Shown: positions 31,261-41,627 of the stretch, one piece after another
How positions within the stretch are numbered: position 1 is the first letter of the stretch
Layout of the letters: the number at the start of each line of letters is the position of its first letter
Virus record (IMG/VR): IMGVR_UViG_3300028920_000029
Span: 64,001-128,000 of that record
Direction: 5' to 3' (one strand)
DNA: 64,000 bases
Source: a virus
The notes under the pieces: model-generated
The model's database searches: none
The model's input: only the letters and a program-made list of their open reading frames with translations
What the model was told of the DNA's origin: nothing
Translations under genes and position numbers: made by a program

Positions 31261-32574
31261 ACCCCCGCCTTAGTAGATGCGCCAAATCTAAGAAATTTGT
31301 ATTTCCTAGTAGTAACCCAGTCTTTATCTGTGCCATCTAAAATCCTAAGTAATCTTAAGGGTTCTATTACAAGGCTAAGTTTAGCGCTAGCCACGCAGCT
31401 ATCTGTAATAAAGGAATACCTAGCTAAACGTTTGTCGGAATCCATGCAAGATAAATCGTGAAAGCGTGTGACAAGTTCTAACTTATCTTTGTTTGTTAAT
31501 TTGTAACTAATTTCTCCATCAAACATATTGGTAAATAAAAAGTCTACTATCTTTTCGATAGTTGATATACCAAGACCCTTTAAGTCTATACGTATATACA
31601 AGCTGGCATTTATAGAATTGAGTTTGGTTACCGTCGCCTTCTTAAAAATGGGGTAAGTTTCTACTAGCTTTTCAAACATAAACTTAGGAACTTTCTTGGT
31701 GAACTTCGGCTTTAGCTCAACGGCTGAGCGTGTGTTCGCTTTAAATAGTATGTTAATTAGTACCACAATCGCTATTACTAGTACAATATTAAATACAATA
31801 GTCATTTCTTTACCTCCTAATGATACGTTATTTTTTTCTTCTCGTCGTCAGGTTTATCTTCCTCTTCCAAGTTGTCAGTAGCTCCCCTTCTTAACTTGGC
31901 TATCTCATCTTTAACGCTAACACCTAAGGACTCTTTAAGTATTCTTTCTCCTACTGCTGAGGTAAGCGCTACCACATCCTGTGGAGTACCTATGATAAGC
32001 TCACTAACTTGACCGTCCTTATCATCTTTAATGATACACACTACGGATACTCCGTCAGTTTCCTTGACCTTATCATACAGCTCCTGTGCTTTCAGCTGGA
32101 TAGATTTAGCTACCATTACTTACCTCCTGAAATGTGTTTGAGCCTGACACCTATTGCTGAGAACCACGCACCGATACCATACTCCAGCAAAATTTTTCCC
32201 AGTGGTTTTTCAAGCTTCTCTTTTTCTTTTATCATTTCCTCTTTAGCTTTGATAATACTCTGCGCCCTGTCAATGTGAGCCTCAGTTATGTATTGCCTCT
32301 TCTTTAACTCCCTTAATATCTTTGGCTTGTTGGACTGAAGTAGCTGGGCAATAGTATACCACTCCTCGTGGTGCATCTCTACTGTCCTCTCCTCCCAGCC
32401 ATCGTGATAAGACTGAACTAAGTCTGCTACTCTCACCACCCTGCGCTCATCCTTATCCCAGAAGTATGTTTCAGTACCCTCGTCATTCACACCGCAGGGT
32501 AACTCCTTTAACTTCCTCCAGTGTTTTGGTATATCACCTACTCCTTTATACATCATAGGTACCACCTCATTTCT

Positions 32575-32892
32575 TTAGAAGTGTGGGTCCCAGTATGCTC
32601 TGCGATGCCCAAGTCCTATACTTGCACCGCTCTTCATACCACTACCCTGTTCTATCCAACGTCCGTTCTTTCTTAACGTGTATGTCCTAACCCTTCCGTT
32701 TGGATTTGGTGAGTACTCATAAGTTTTATTCTCACTCTGTCCATTCTTGTCGGTTCTTTTGTAGTTATCATCTCTAACTCTTATAAGTTTCTTATTGGTG
32801 GACACGAAAACAACGGTGGCTGGGTAACAGTCAGAACCCGCTCCCCACGTTGCTCCCATCCCCAGCTCTGGTATTACTGGTGTCTTATTCAT
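32575..32892 (-). CDS. Phage hypothetical protein (start corrected to ATG 32892)
   Basis: AAGGAGG RBS just downstream of the promoter; motif GMGAT..GSDCYP..LRKNGRW..YWDPHF. Confidence 0.7.
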   Translation of the reverse strand: MNKTPVIPELGMGATWGAGSDCYPATVVFVSTNKKLIRVRDDNYKRTDKNGQSENKTYEYSPNPNGRVRTYTLRKNGRWIEQGSGMKSGASIGLGHRRAYWDPHF

Positions 32893-32911
32893 ACCGTGCC
32901 TCCTTAGTATA

Positions 32912-32939
32912 ATTATACTTACTTTATTCAAAATGTCAA
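32912..32939 (-). promoter_or_regulatory. Sigma70 promoter TTGACA-N16-TATAAT
   Basis: Perfect hexamers with an A-tract upstream, followed by an RBS and start codon. Confidence 0.85.
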
Positions 32940-33219
32940 GAAGTATTTTTAAGATGGTCTATCTCTTGCACTAGCGTATCAATGGTTGCATACCAGTTAC
33001 TCCCAAGAAAGTATTGTTTTACACTTAGGACAGGAGAAACTATCTTCTGGTTGCGTAGGCATATTAGGAGTATCAATCTCAATGTTACCGTAATCCACAT
33101 CAGCTATGCCTTCCTCACCGAGCGTAACAAACTCCTCTTTTACCTTACCAGTTTCATACTCCCACTCTCTCTTAACGTCTAGGTAGTCTATCTTTTTACC
33201 ACAAAATGGACATATCATA

Positions 33220-33444
33220 TTACACCTCCAACAGTGTGACATCATCACAGTTATCTTTTAGGATAATAAACACATCATTCCACGCAGTAATTTTTTGCTT
33301 AACGTGTTTAATAGCGCAAGGGATACATACGTAATAAGGTTTAATTTTCATTACCTTTTCACCCTTGTGCATCTCACGTTTACATCTAGCGCAAGGCATC
33401 GGTGTGCTAGTATTGACTACTGTTACCGAGTAGTCGTCAGTCAT
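33220..33444 (-). CDS. Small Zn-finger protein (family E)
   Basis: CARC...CIPCAIK. Confidence 0.7.
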   Translation of the reverse strand: MTDDYSVTVVNTSTPMPCARCKREMHKGEKVMKIKPYYVCIPCAIKHVKQKITAWNDVFIILKDNCDDVTLLEV

Positions 33445-33713
33445 TTCTGTACCTCCTTAGCATAGTCAATCATTTGTTTTAGGTCTTGAATTTCTTCTTC
33501 CATCCTTTTAATACCACAGGGTATACACAAGGTATGTGCAACCATAGTAGTATCATCCAGTATCCTATAGTCACCCAGCTCTATCCTCTTGTGGCACTTA
33601 TCACATGTCTTAACATAGGCGTGGTTTAGCAGTACTGATATACTCACGGACGCACCTCCACTCGTTTCTTTATACCACACTTTAAGTCCAGCACCCACTT
33701 CTTCCTCCCGCAT
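33441..33713 (-). CDS. Small Zn-finger protein (family E)
   Basis: CDKC...CIPCGIK. Confidence 0.7.
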   Translation of the reverse strand: MREEEVGAGLKVWYKETSGGASVSISVLLNHAYVKTCDKCHKRIELGDYRILDDTTMVAHTLCIPCGIKRMEEEIQDLKQMIDYAKEVQK

Positions 33714-33808
33714 TTATCACACACGTAAACCTTATACCAGTTGTGGTTAACGTAGTCCTCCACGTATCTATCATACTTCCACTTATGTTTACACTTCCCC
33801 ATATCTAT

Positions 33809-33937
33809 TCACTCTCCTTTAAACTTTAAAAATGCTTTTAATATTGCTTCAACTAATATAATTAGTATATTTGATTTATGCCATTCTTCTGCATACTCTT
33901 CCATTGGATATTCTTCCAATTTATTTGAAGGATACAT
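33809..33937 (-). CDS. 42-aa AT-rich gene flanked by 24-bp direct repeats (not in ORF track)
   Basis: MYPSNKLEEYPMEEY...FKGE*; repeats at 33800-33823 and 33935-33958. Confidence 0.55.
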   Translation of the reverse strand: MYPSNKLEEYPMEEYAEEWHKSNILIILVEAILKAFLKFKGE

Positions 33938-33939
33938 AT

Positions 33940-34431
33940 CTATTCACTTTCCTTTAAAAGTTGTATTATCTTTTTTACTTGTTTTTTTCTTGTTAACCTG
34001 TATGCCGACCTGTTTGCCGACTCGTATGCCGACCAGCCTGCCGAACTGTATGCCGACCTGTTTGCCGAATAGTCTGCCGACCTATATGCCAAATAACGTG
34101 CCGACTCGCTTGCCAACCAGTCTGCTTCCTCTAATTCTTTTTTAGTCGCTGTTTTAAATATGTAATACTTCTCTATTACATCTATATAATGTTTTATTTC
34201 TTTATTCTTTGTTTTACATTGTCTTGCACACCATATTGCAAATATACGCCTGTCTAAATTACTTCCTAAGTTAGCAAATAGCCAAACCTTATCTTCATTA
34301 CTTAATTTATCTGCTTTATATTCCATACATTCAAGTAATGTCATTTTAGTATTCTCTGTTATTCCTTTTATTTCTGTAGGGTCATAACAGGGGTTTAATT
34401 TTCTAATTTGTTTTATGGTTATCTTTTTCAT
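33940..34431 (-). CDS. Imm5-like protein with SA(Y/D/N) low-complexity repeats
   Basis: FAIWCARQ motif plus a 4-aa periodic repeat; same architecture as 61906..62436. Confidence 0.5.
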   Translation of the reverse strand: MKKITIKQIRKLNPCYDPTEIKGITENTKMTLLECMEYKADKLSNEDKVWLFANLGSNLDRRIFAIWCARQCKTKNKEIKHYIDVIEKYYIFKTATKKELEEADWLASESARYLAYRSADYSANRSAYSSAGWSAYESANRSAYRLTRKKQVKKIIQLLKESE

Positions 34432-35132
34432 ATTACACCTCCTTAACAGTATATAGTTCTACTTCAAGCTTAGCGTCAGAGTGTTTAGTATTATTTATTA
34501 AAAACTCAGCTAACTTTTCACGGTGTGTTTCCCACCGTATAGGAGTACTTCCCATAAATACGTAGTACTCACCGCAACTCAACCTTAGGTGGTTGAGCGA
34601 TTTAGGGTCAACACCCTTAGTCAATTGCATAACAGAGTCCATTATGGACAGGATAGTCTGCACAGAAAACCTGCTGACATCCATCGAACCGACTATAATA
34701 TAGAACTTAAGAGACTGGTTACTTGTAGGTTTCCTTCGGTACCACTTAACAGAAGGAGTCGTAAAGCATTCAGGCAACCACTCCATCATAACTTTATCAC
34801 GCTCATTAAACTTACGGATACGTTTACTGCCATCGGAGTAGAACTTATGGTACGCACTCTCAGATAGTTTGGTCAAACCCATTAGTCACCTCCTCAGACT
34901 TTCTTCTACCTTTTCGTCGTACACATACCCTTTGGGAGTCTTGCGTACCACGTTGTAGTTATCCGCACCGAGTCCAGCGTTCAGTCCTTTGAGAAAGGCA
35001 TCACGCTCCTTGCTAGTTTTGTACTTAAACTCAGTCAGCTGACACTCAGCTACAGGCTCTCCCTGTTCCAGCTTAAAGCTCACATCACTTTGTCCTACCA
35101 CTACCTTAAGTGTTCTCATATCAACCACCTCC

Positions 35133-35387
35133 CTATCCTTTTAGTAGAACGTCAGAATACCCCAAGGCTTTAAGTAGCGCCTTAAGTTCGTCCATCCTGT
35201 TTAGTATTTCTTTAGTAGCACACGCAACACATCGCACTTCCCTATCCGAGTCAGGTTCCTCAACCCCATCATCATTAAAGAACGAGGTAGTAACATACTC
35301 AACCAATCTAATTTCTCCAGCCCCAATATCTTTATTACAATAATTGCATCGCTCATTAAAAGGTTCTTTAATTACTTCCATCACCAA
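35133..35387 (-). CDS. Small Zn-finger protein (family E)
   Basis: CNYC...CVACATK. Confidence 0.65.
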   Translation of the reverse strand: MVMEVIKEPFNERCNYCNKDIGAGEIRLVEYVTTSFFNDDGVEEPDSDREVRCVACATKEILNRMDELKALLKALGYSDVLLKG

Positions 35388-36047
35388 CCACCTCCAAAGG
35401 TTTAAGGTTCATTATGTCCCTAAAGCATTTCTCTGAGGAATATAATGTGGTATGGAAAGACCACTCGCCTTTAAACTTTACACGCTTTCCATACGGTTCG
35501 GTAGTGTTTTCTTCTACCCAATCGTTAACAGAATACACACTCATTATCGGTACTATCTCTGTCTTTTCAATAGCCACATAAACGTTACGACTATGTATCG
35601 CAAAGGAAATAAGCGCTATGCCAACTACCAACGTAATTATCCCACCTACTATATGGCGGTCATAACTTTCCGACAGAACAACAACCCCACATAATACGCA
35701 CAGCCCACCGCATAGTATTCCCAGCGTAAGAAATAAAACAGCCAAAAACTGAGCATTTGATAATTCCATACTACACCTCCTCCAACACTTTAATTACTTC
35801 CCACTCTACTCCGTCAAGAGTAAACTTCATGCCGACCTTCCACGTTACCGAGCCATACTCCTCAACCCCCACATCTATATTAAACTCTCTTTCCTCCCGC
35901 CTAACATAACCCATAGTAGTATCTGTATAACCATTGGTATCATCCACCACCGTGACTGACCGTTGCTCTGATAAATCCCTTGCTATAAATCTAGCCATAA
36001 CTACACCTCCAAAGTAAACTTTTTTCACGACTAAAATCCTTATACAA

Positions 36048-36075
36048 AGTATACTATATATAATCAAAAAGTCAA
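36048..36075 (-). promoter_or_regulatory. Sigma70 promoter TTGACT-N16-TATACT
   Basis: Near-consensus hexamers upstream of the RBS and ATG at ~35998. Confidence 0.75.
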
Positions 36076-36080
36076 TCCCA

Positions 36081-36302
36081 TCACAAAAGTATATCGATAG
36101 ATGCTTTCTGTAAACTTTTTAAGTCATACTCAGCCTCCTCTTTCCAATGAGATAGTTCCTTAATAGCACAGGGTATACAGTAGATAGAGTTATTAAGGTG
36201 GACATACTTATGGTTAACACCTATCTCACCCCCGCACGAATTACACCATATAGGTATGGAGTTACTAACGTTATTGTATATAGTTATAGACATATCAAAC
36301 AC
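36081..36302 (-). CDS. Small Zn-finger protein (family E)
   Basis: CNSC...CIPCAIK; ends DILL. Confidence 0.7.
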   Translation of the reverse strand: MFDMSITIYNNVSNSIPIWCNSCGGEIGVNHKYVHLNNSIYCIPCAIKELSHWKEEAEYDLKSLQKASIDILL

Positions 36303-36306
36303 CTCC

Positions 36307-36546
36307 TTATAGTATGATGTCTATTGCTATAGTCTCCAGTTCATTTAGAGTTAGTTGTGTACGAAGAAGAGAGTAACTAGCGGGGTTCTTTGATTTTAAG
36401 TAGGCTATCCGTTCTCTTGATTGCTTAATAGCACAACGAATACACAGGGTATCTCCTATATTTATGACTACAGGATTACCTTTATGTATCTTTGTTTTAC
36501 ATAGTTTACAAGTTTCTTCCACGTTTGAGTGTGTTAGTATATACAT
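36307..36546 (-). CDS. Small Zn-finger protein (family E)
   Basis: CKLC...CIRCAIK; ends DIIL. Confidence 0.7.
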   Translation of the reverse strand: MYILTHSNVEETCKLCKTKIHKGNPVVINIGDTLCIRCAIKQSRERIAYLKSKNPASYSLLRTQLTLNELETIAIDIIL

Positions 36547-36590
36547 AATAGTATCTCCTTTCCAAAGGGTATAGGGTATAACACAGGGGT

Positions 36591-36694
36591 ATTAAGGCTT
36601 AAGGAGGTCGTAGACCCGAGTGATTAAGGCGTACCCTATGATTTCATAGGGGGAATTAAGGCTTAAGGAGGTCGTAGACCCGAGTGATTAAGGC
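36591..36694. repeat. 40-bp exact direct repeat with hairpin spacer
   Basis: ATTAAGGCTTAAGGAGGTCGTAGACCCGAGTGATTAAGGC at 36591-36630 and 36655-36694; the spacer contains CCCTATGA-TT-TCATAGGG. Confidence 0.95.
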
Positions 36695-36767
36695 TTAAGT
36701 ATAGCCCCCACCGTACTCAAGGAACCTTAAGGCACCTACTTCTTGCGCCTACCTACTTTTCGGGGGA

Positions 36768-36873
36768 CTCCGATGATATCATCGGAGGGACTAAGGGACT
36801 CGGGTGCATAGCACCTATTCGGGTGGCTCCGCCCGATGATATCATCGGAGGGACGCCGTTGCGTACGCAACGG
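36768..36873. repeat. Cluster of three perfect palindromes
   Basis: CTCCGATGATATCATCGGAG (36768-36787), CCGATGATATCATCGG (36833-36848), CCGTTGCGTACGCAACGG (36856-36873). Confidence 0.95.
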
Positions 36874-36876
36874 GGA

Positions 36877-37233
36877 CTAGATAAAGTATACTATATCATC
36901 TTCTAACCTTAAAGCATCAATCCTTAAAGCATCAATCCTTAAATATTCTATACCCAGTTCCGCCCGATACTTCAATGTTTCGCATCGTTGGGTTACTATA
37001 CACCTTACATAATTGGCCAGCATCTTTACTAAGGCCCTCTTGGTAGTTAGGTATTTAACGCTACTCAGGTCCAGCTCCCAACACCAGTAGGGGAAGGGTC
37101 GTGAGCCCCAGTCCCTAGCAAACTTAGGGTCCTTCTCAATATTAAAGGGACCGTCTACTCTACTCTGTAGGGTCTTAGGCAGGTCTTTATACTTACCATT
37201 TAGGTGCGTACGTGTATTATATACTCTCTTCAT
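36877..37233 (-). CDS. Hypothetical protein (family D1)
   Basis: RVDGPF..WCWELDL..TTKRALVKML; paralog of 37247..37573; 15-bp internal duplication (RIDAL x2). Confidence 0.65.
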   Translation of the reverse strand: MKRVYNTRTHLNGKYKDLPKTLQSRVDGPFNIEKDPKFARDWGSRPFPYWCWELDLSSVKYLTTKRALVKMLANYVRCIVTQRCETLKYRAELGIEYLRIDALRIDALRLEDDIVYFI

Positions 37234-37246
37234 TTTTAGTTACCTC

Positions 37247-37573
37247 CTACCCTATGTAAAGTGTATCATCTTTAAGTAACGTGTCAATAATATCCTCAGG
37301 GTTATGGTCGTATAAACTATCCAGCCTGTTGTTTTTTAAAGTACCAAACATTATGTCGGGGTTGGTTTGATAAAGCTTCCTAAGTATAGCTATGACTGTA
37401 GTAGTGTGCAGGTCCTTATAGTTAAATTCCCAGTAGTACAGGCTGTATGGAGCCTTATATACAGCTTCCCATGGGCCGCTTAGTCTGCCTTTAAAGTCTA
37501 TCTTCTTGAGGCTATCCTGTATATCTTTAGCTCTTACCTCTTTAACAGTAATGTTAAAAGGTACTCTCTTCAT
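37247..37573 (-). CDS. Hypothetical protein (family D1)
   Basis: FKGRLSGPW..YWEFNY..TTTVIAILRKL..LLKDDTLYIG. Confidence 0.65.
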   Translation of the reverse strand: MKRVPFNITVKEVRAKDIQDSLKKIDFKGRLSGPWEAVYKAPYSLYYWEFNYKDLHTTTVIAILRKLYQTNPDIMFGTLKNNRLDSLYDHNPEDIIDTLLKDDTLYIG

Positions 37574-37584
37574 GAGGTCCTCCT

Positions 37585-38037
37585 TTAAAAGTAAGGGAAT
37601 AAGTAGACTGGACCGTTGTTATCCAAGACCCTTACTACCTCTTCTTCGTTTGGATACATATACATGGTGGAGCCGTATACCTCGGGTCCTAGCGGCCTGA
37701 TTATCTCATAACTTGTGGCTACACACGTGGTGACTTCCTCGGGTGATTCTCTGAAGGGCCGTATGTCATATATGTACTTACAAAGCTTCCTAAGTATAGC
37801 CAGCTTGGTATAAGTAGTTAAGCTAGGCCCCTTGAACCTAAAGGAAGCACCCTTGAGGCCTGCGTAAACTAGTTTTTTGCGGTGGCGCAGCTCCACCTTG
37901 TCCATGTCAAAGTACTTTACGTCTGCGTACTCGCTATCCTTAAAACACTCCTCTAAATACTCGCCTATTACTATGTACGCCCTGCTCATTTTTTTATGCT
38001 TTTTCAGTAGGTATGGGTCCAGCTCTGGTAGTTTCAT
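37585..38037 (-). CDS. Hypothetical protein (family D1)
   Basis: Shares AILRKL and a C-terminal VYLF with its neighbours. Confidence 0.65.
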   Translation of the reverse strand: MKLPELDPYLLKKHKKMSRAYIVIGEYLEECFKDSEYADVKYFDMDKVELRHRKKLVYAGLKGASFRFKGPSLTTYTKLAILRKLCKYIYDIRPFRESPEEVTTCVATSYEIIRPLGPEVYGSTMYMYPNEEEVVRVLDNNGPVYLFPYF

Positions 38038-38255
38038 CCTAAGTATACCTCCCCATCAGTATCCGACACATACCAGTAGGATTTTACGTGTTTATCAGCA
38101 TAGGCTTCCGCTTCTTTTACTGAGTTAAAGAGTAGCTTCTTCCCCCCTCTTTTCAGCACATCCCCACCTGTGATGCTGTCGGTGTTCTCATCTTCCGTGT
38201 ACCAGTTAATAACATACTGCTTTTTAACGGCTTTCTTCCTCGTCTTCGTCTTCAT
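38034..38255 (-). CDS. Hypothetical protein MKTKTRKK... (probable true start ATG 38255)
   Basis: Has its own GGGGAGG RBS, identical to the junction at 38033-38054. Confidence 0.55.
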   Translation of the reverse strand: MKTKTRKKAVKKQYVINWYTEDENTDSITGGDVLKRGGKKLLFNSVKEAEAYADKHVKSYWYVSDTDGEVYLG

Positions 38256-38420
38256 CCTAAGTATACCTCCCCTTCCTTTAGTAGACACAGGGTATGGCAT
38301 GCGTATGTTAGTGCTACTCCGCGCAAAATACGGCCCATGGATCCTACCCTTAAACATCGTTGGCGGGGTGAATTCTTCACGCATTCTTTCTTCTATGTCT
38401 AAGGGCTTAAAGTCACTCAT
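38252..38420 (-). pseudogene. Internally deleted, frameshifted family D1 remnant
   Basis: N-terminal FKGRIHGPY in one frame; family-type C-terminus LLKEGEVYLG* in the +1 frame. Confidence 0.6.
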
Positions 38421-39688
38421 CTTTCTTCTTCTTTTCTTGCAGGTGCAGCAGGTAGTTTACATAATCATGGACGTTTACTGGCCTATGTATCCTCTCCAGC
38501 TTGTGCATCGCGGTATTAGCTAGGTGTTCCTTAAAGAAAGGCTGCTTTAATAGCTCTACCTGGAACTTAGTTAGGTGCTTTAACGTGCGGTCGATGGCCT
38601 TTATTAACCACGCGTCCAGCCTGTTTCCCTTTAAAGTGATTATCTTTGCTGTACCCGCATACTGTATTAGATACTCCTTAGGAGTAGAGTAGTATAAGCT
38701 CCTTATTTTACGGTAGGTCATCCAGCATAGCTTGCCTCCTGGAGAGTAAAAGGGTATCGCTATAGATGTGTTGCCAGTACCCATGCCCTCATCTTTTAGG
38801 GAGCTCCACCTTAACATCTTTTTTACCACCGCTAGCTTGAACGTATCAGTAGTCATCTTGGACCACTTAGTCTCTATAAACACCGCCATGTTTGCCGCAG
38901 GCCGATCTCTATACGAAGACGTGTCGTCGTCGGTCCACCAATAACTAAACAACTTCTGCAGTTTCTTAAGCTGATCCTCTTCCTTTTTGGTTAGTACCGT
39001 GGATTGTTTACTCATGTCTAGTTACCTCCTTTGTTTCGTCTAGCAAAACTTGAACGTTATCTTACGGTCCTTGGCCCTGGCAAACCTGAGCAGTTCCCTT
39101 AAGGCCGAGTCCTTTAGTGTGTCATTTGAGTCCTGATATGATCCATACACCCGCGTGCATATATACTTTCCTGGTCTCGTTAGTGCTTCTCTAGTTAACG
39201 TTATACTATACAGGTTAACTAAAGAATTCTTTCTCTTCCCCTCCCACGTCTGCTTGGTGTCTCTTATTACATTAAGCAGCACACCCCGAAGCGCGGCAGC
39301 AGTTTGTAACTTACCATCTGGCAGCGTAACTTCAGTGCACATCTCGTATTCGTTAATTAACATAGTATCATTATGCGAAACGTTGGCGCCTACAGGTAAA
39401 AAAGTATTGTCTACTATCTTCTTAATGTCTTCCTTGTTTGCAGCTATACTTCTTGAGCGATCAGCTTTCTCCTTTCTATTCCTAAAGTAGCTGTGTAGTT
39501 CTAACCTCCACTTGTTTATGGTATCGGTTAGTGCCATAACCAATACCACATAGCCCACAATGTATATAGCAATTTTTCCTATCGACTCCAAGAGTTCCAT
39601 TGTATACCTCCCTAGTTATAGTATCGTTCCATTAGTAGTTATCGTGTATTTGTATCACATGATGAAACTATTTAGTATACTAACCTAG

Positions 39689-39850
39689 TTATCCTCCCAG
39701 TCTTCCCAGTATGATCTTACCTTTATGACAGTTAGGACAAACTGATCCCACGCAGCTGTTGCAATAGTGACTCCCGCAAGTACTGCATGTTTTCATGGGC
39801 TGCCCCTTACTAATGGTCCTTCCGCATCTGTCGCATGTTTGTGTCTCCAT
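39689..39850 (-). CDS. 53-aa double Zn-finger protein, four CxxC (not in ORF track)
   Basis: METQTCDRCGRTISKGQPMKTCSTCGSHYCNSCVGSVCPNCHKG...; AAGGAGG RBS. Confidence 0.75.
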   Translation of the reverse strand: METQTCDRCGRTISKGQPMKTCSTCGSHYCNSCVGSVCPNCHKGKIILGRLGG

Positions 39851-40104
39851 GTCTAGTTACCTCCTTAGTTAGTTATATGGTCTAGTTATCTATTCTTCCA
39901 GCAATACATCTACAAACTCAATATCTGATGGATAAAAATACTCATATTCCTCTTCGTATTCCTCTCCTAACTCCACCTTTACTAACCCTCCTAATTCACA
40001 GTCAACTACCTTAAAGACCTGCCCCTCGTAGTCTGTCCAGCCACCAGGCATAGAACCTTTAAGGACCCTAACATACTTAGCCATTATACGTTCCTAGTTA
40101 TCTT

Positions 40105-40788
40105 CTAGTGCTGCTTAAAGTATACGTTATCGTCTTTGTCGTTCCAGCATGTGAGACAGAGTCTCCCACAATAGTGGTGCTCGCCTCCCACATCCTTGCT
40201 TAACGGGCACATCTTAAAGTCCTTGTCCATGTTACCAGGGACCTTAGGTATCTTCACCGCTGCAGGAGGAGGCACTGGCTGCTCTACCTTAGTCATAACG
40301 TATGTCTTAGGAGTGTTAGGGATCTTTGGCACGTCCAGGTTGGACTCGTCGTAGCTCTGTTTTAGGTTAAGGTTCTTGGGCTTGGCGCTGAAGTCAAACA
40401 TGTGACTCTTAGTAAACGCCAGGAACGTAACTCCAGGGTACTCGGACATGAACTTGAGCGCGGCGTCTACGTAATCCTGCCAAAAGAAGTCCCCGCTTTC
40501 GTGGAACCTCACCTTGTCTACTCCATAGTCCTTGATCAGCGCGTCCATCTCTACGCGCAGCTCTTTCCAGAAGGACTCTGGGTTAGACGTTAGCTCGTTG
40601 TAAATCCTCTGTCTCTTCTCTCTTGCTGACCTGTAGCATATCTCTGCTTTATTTGCGTAGCACAGCTTTGAGCACAGTGGGCTCCTGCCTGGGCACGTAG
40701 TAATAGTAGGCAGGTTAAGGATAGGGATCTTCTTGTCTAACTTCCTGTTGAATCCAAAGCTAAACAACTTCGGTTTGATCTTAGCCAT
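40105..40788 (-). CDS. Gp88-like protein (radical-SAM-like Cys motif)
   Basis: NLP..TCPG..CSKLCYA, RFHESGDF, AFTKS and a C-terminal CP..CG..CLTCW. Confidence 0.8.
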   Translation of the reverse strand: MAKIKPKLFSFGFNRKLDKKIPILNLPTITTCPGRSPLCSKLCYANKAEICYRSAREKRQRIYNELTSNPESFWKELRVEMDALIKDYGVDKVRFHESGDFFWQDYVDAALKFMSEYPGVTFLAFTKSHMFDFSAKPKNLNLKQSYDESNLDVPKIPNTPKTYVMTKVEQPVPPPAAVKIPKVPGNMDKDFKMCPLSKDVGGEHHYCGRLCLTCWNDKDDNVYFKQH

Positions 40789-40800
40789 GTCTACACCTCC

Positions 40801-41625
40801 TTAGAATTGGTCGTAATACTCATCTCTTTCCACACAGTTCATGTTAGGAACATGATCATTGTACCCCAATAGAGTAAGTTCCTTAGCTTTAATAGGGTTA
40901 AAGATATAGTCTTTTACTTCTACGTACTTTGGATCTACGCCGAATTTAATACCTTTAGTATTCTTAAAGAGCTTAGCTGTTACTGCGCCCAGAGTCTTAT
41001 CATATTTCAGCACCAACTTGTGTGGATTGCGGTCATCCCAAAACTTTGTCTTCTTATCCTTTGCCACAAACAGTCGCAGTTGGTTATCCTCCATGGAATA
41101 ACGGTCTACGATAGCAGAGTCCCGAGATACTACTACTGAGTCGTACGACTGCTTGGCGATCCTGTTCCAAACCGTTACTACGGTAGGAAGCTTAGAGTTA
41201 CTGCCGTTTAGCTTAGGCTTACCGAGTATCCTTCCGTCCTCTGCAGACCCTGCAAGTAAAAGAATGTTATTCTTCTGCGCTTTCTCTCTCTTCTTTGCCA
41301 AGATACTGTTGAGTACCTCAGGCACATCAAGTGACTCCAGGATCTTAGGCGCTTTTGAGATACATCTCTTAAGCTGTTTCTTATCGTGATACGCCTCCAC
41401 AAACTCAGTAAACTTATCCTTATGGGTCGACGCCAGCCAGATGAGCATTCCTGCAGTGGCTTCAGTCGACAACCAACACAGTCTTTCGTTTTTGTTCATC
41501 ATCTTAGCCAGCAGGACAGGGTCAGTGTCGCTGCCCAGCATACCTAAGAAGATTTGGTCAGGGACATAATAATAACCATCACTATCCTTCGTATCCATTA
41601 ACCTTTCTATTGATGATACGCGCAT
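40801..41625 (-). CDS. Hypothetical protein (family C)
   Basis: SSIER..MLGSDTDP N-terminal motif. Confidence 0.7.
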   Translation of the reverse strand: MRVSSIERLMDTKDSDGYYYVPDQIFLGMLGSDTDPVLLAKMMNKNERLCWLSTEATAGMLIWLASTHKDKFTEFVEAYHDKKQLKRCISKAPKILESLDVPEVLNSILAKKREKAQKNNILLLAGSAEDGRILGKPKLNGSNSKLPTVVTVWNRIAKQSYDSVVVSRDSAIVDRYSMEDNQLRLFVAKDKKTKFWDDRNPHKLVLKYDKTLGAVTAKLFKNTKGIKFGVDPKYVEVKDYIFNPIKAKELTLLGYNDHVPNMNCVERDEYYDQF

Positions 41626-41627
41626 AA

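Noticed and set aside
36591-36694. Mini-CRISPR (repeat-spacer-repeat)
   Set aside because: Only two copies, the 24-bp spacer is itself a hairpin, and the repeat resembles no CRISPR repeat I recognise.
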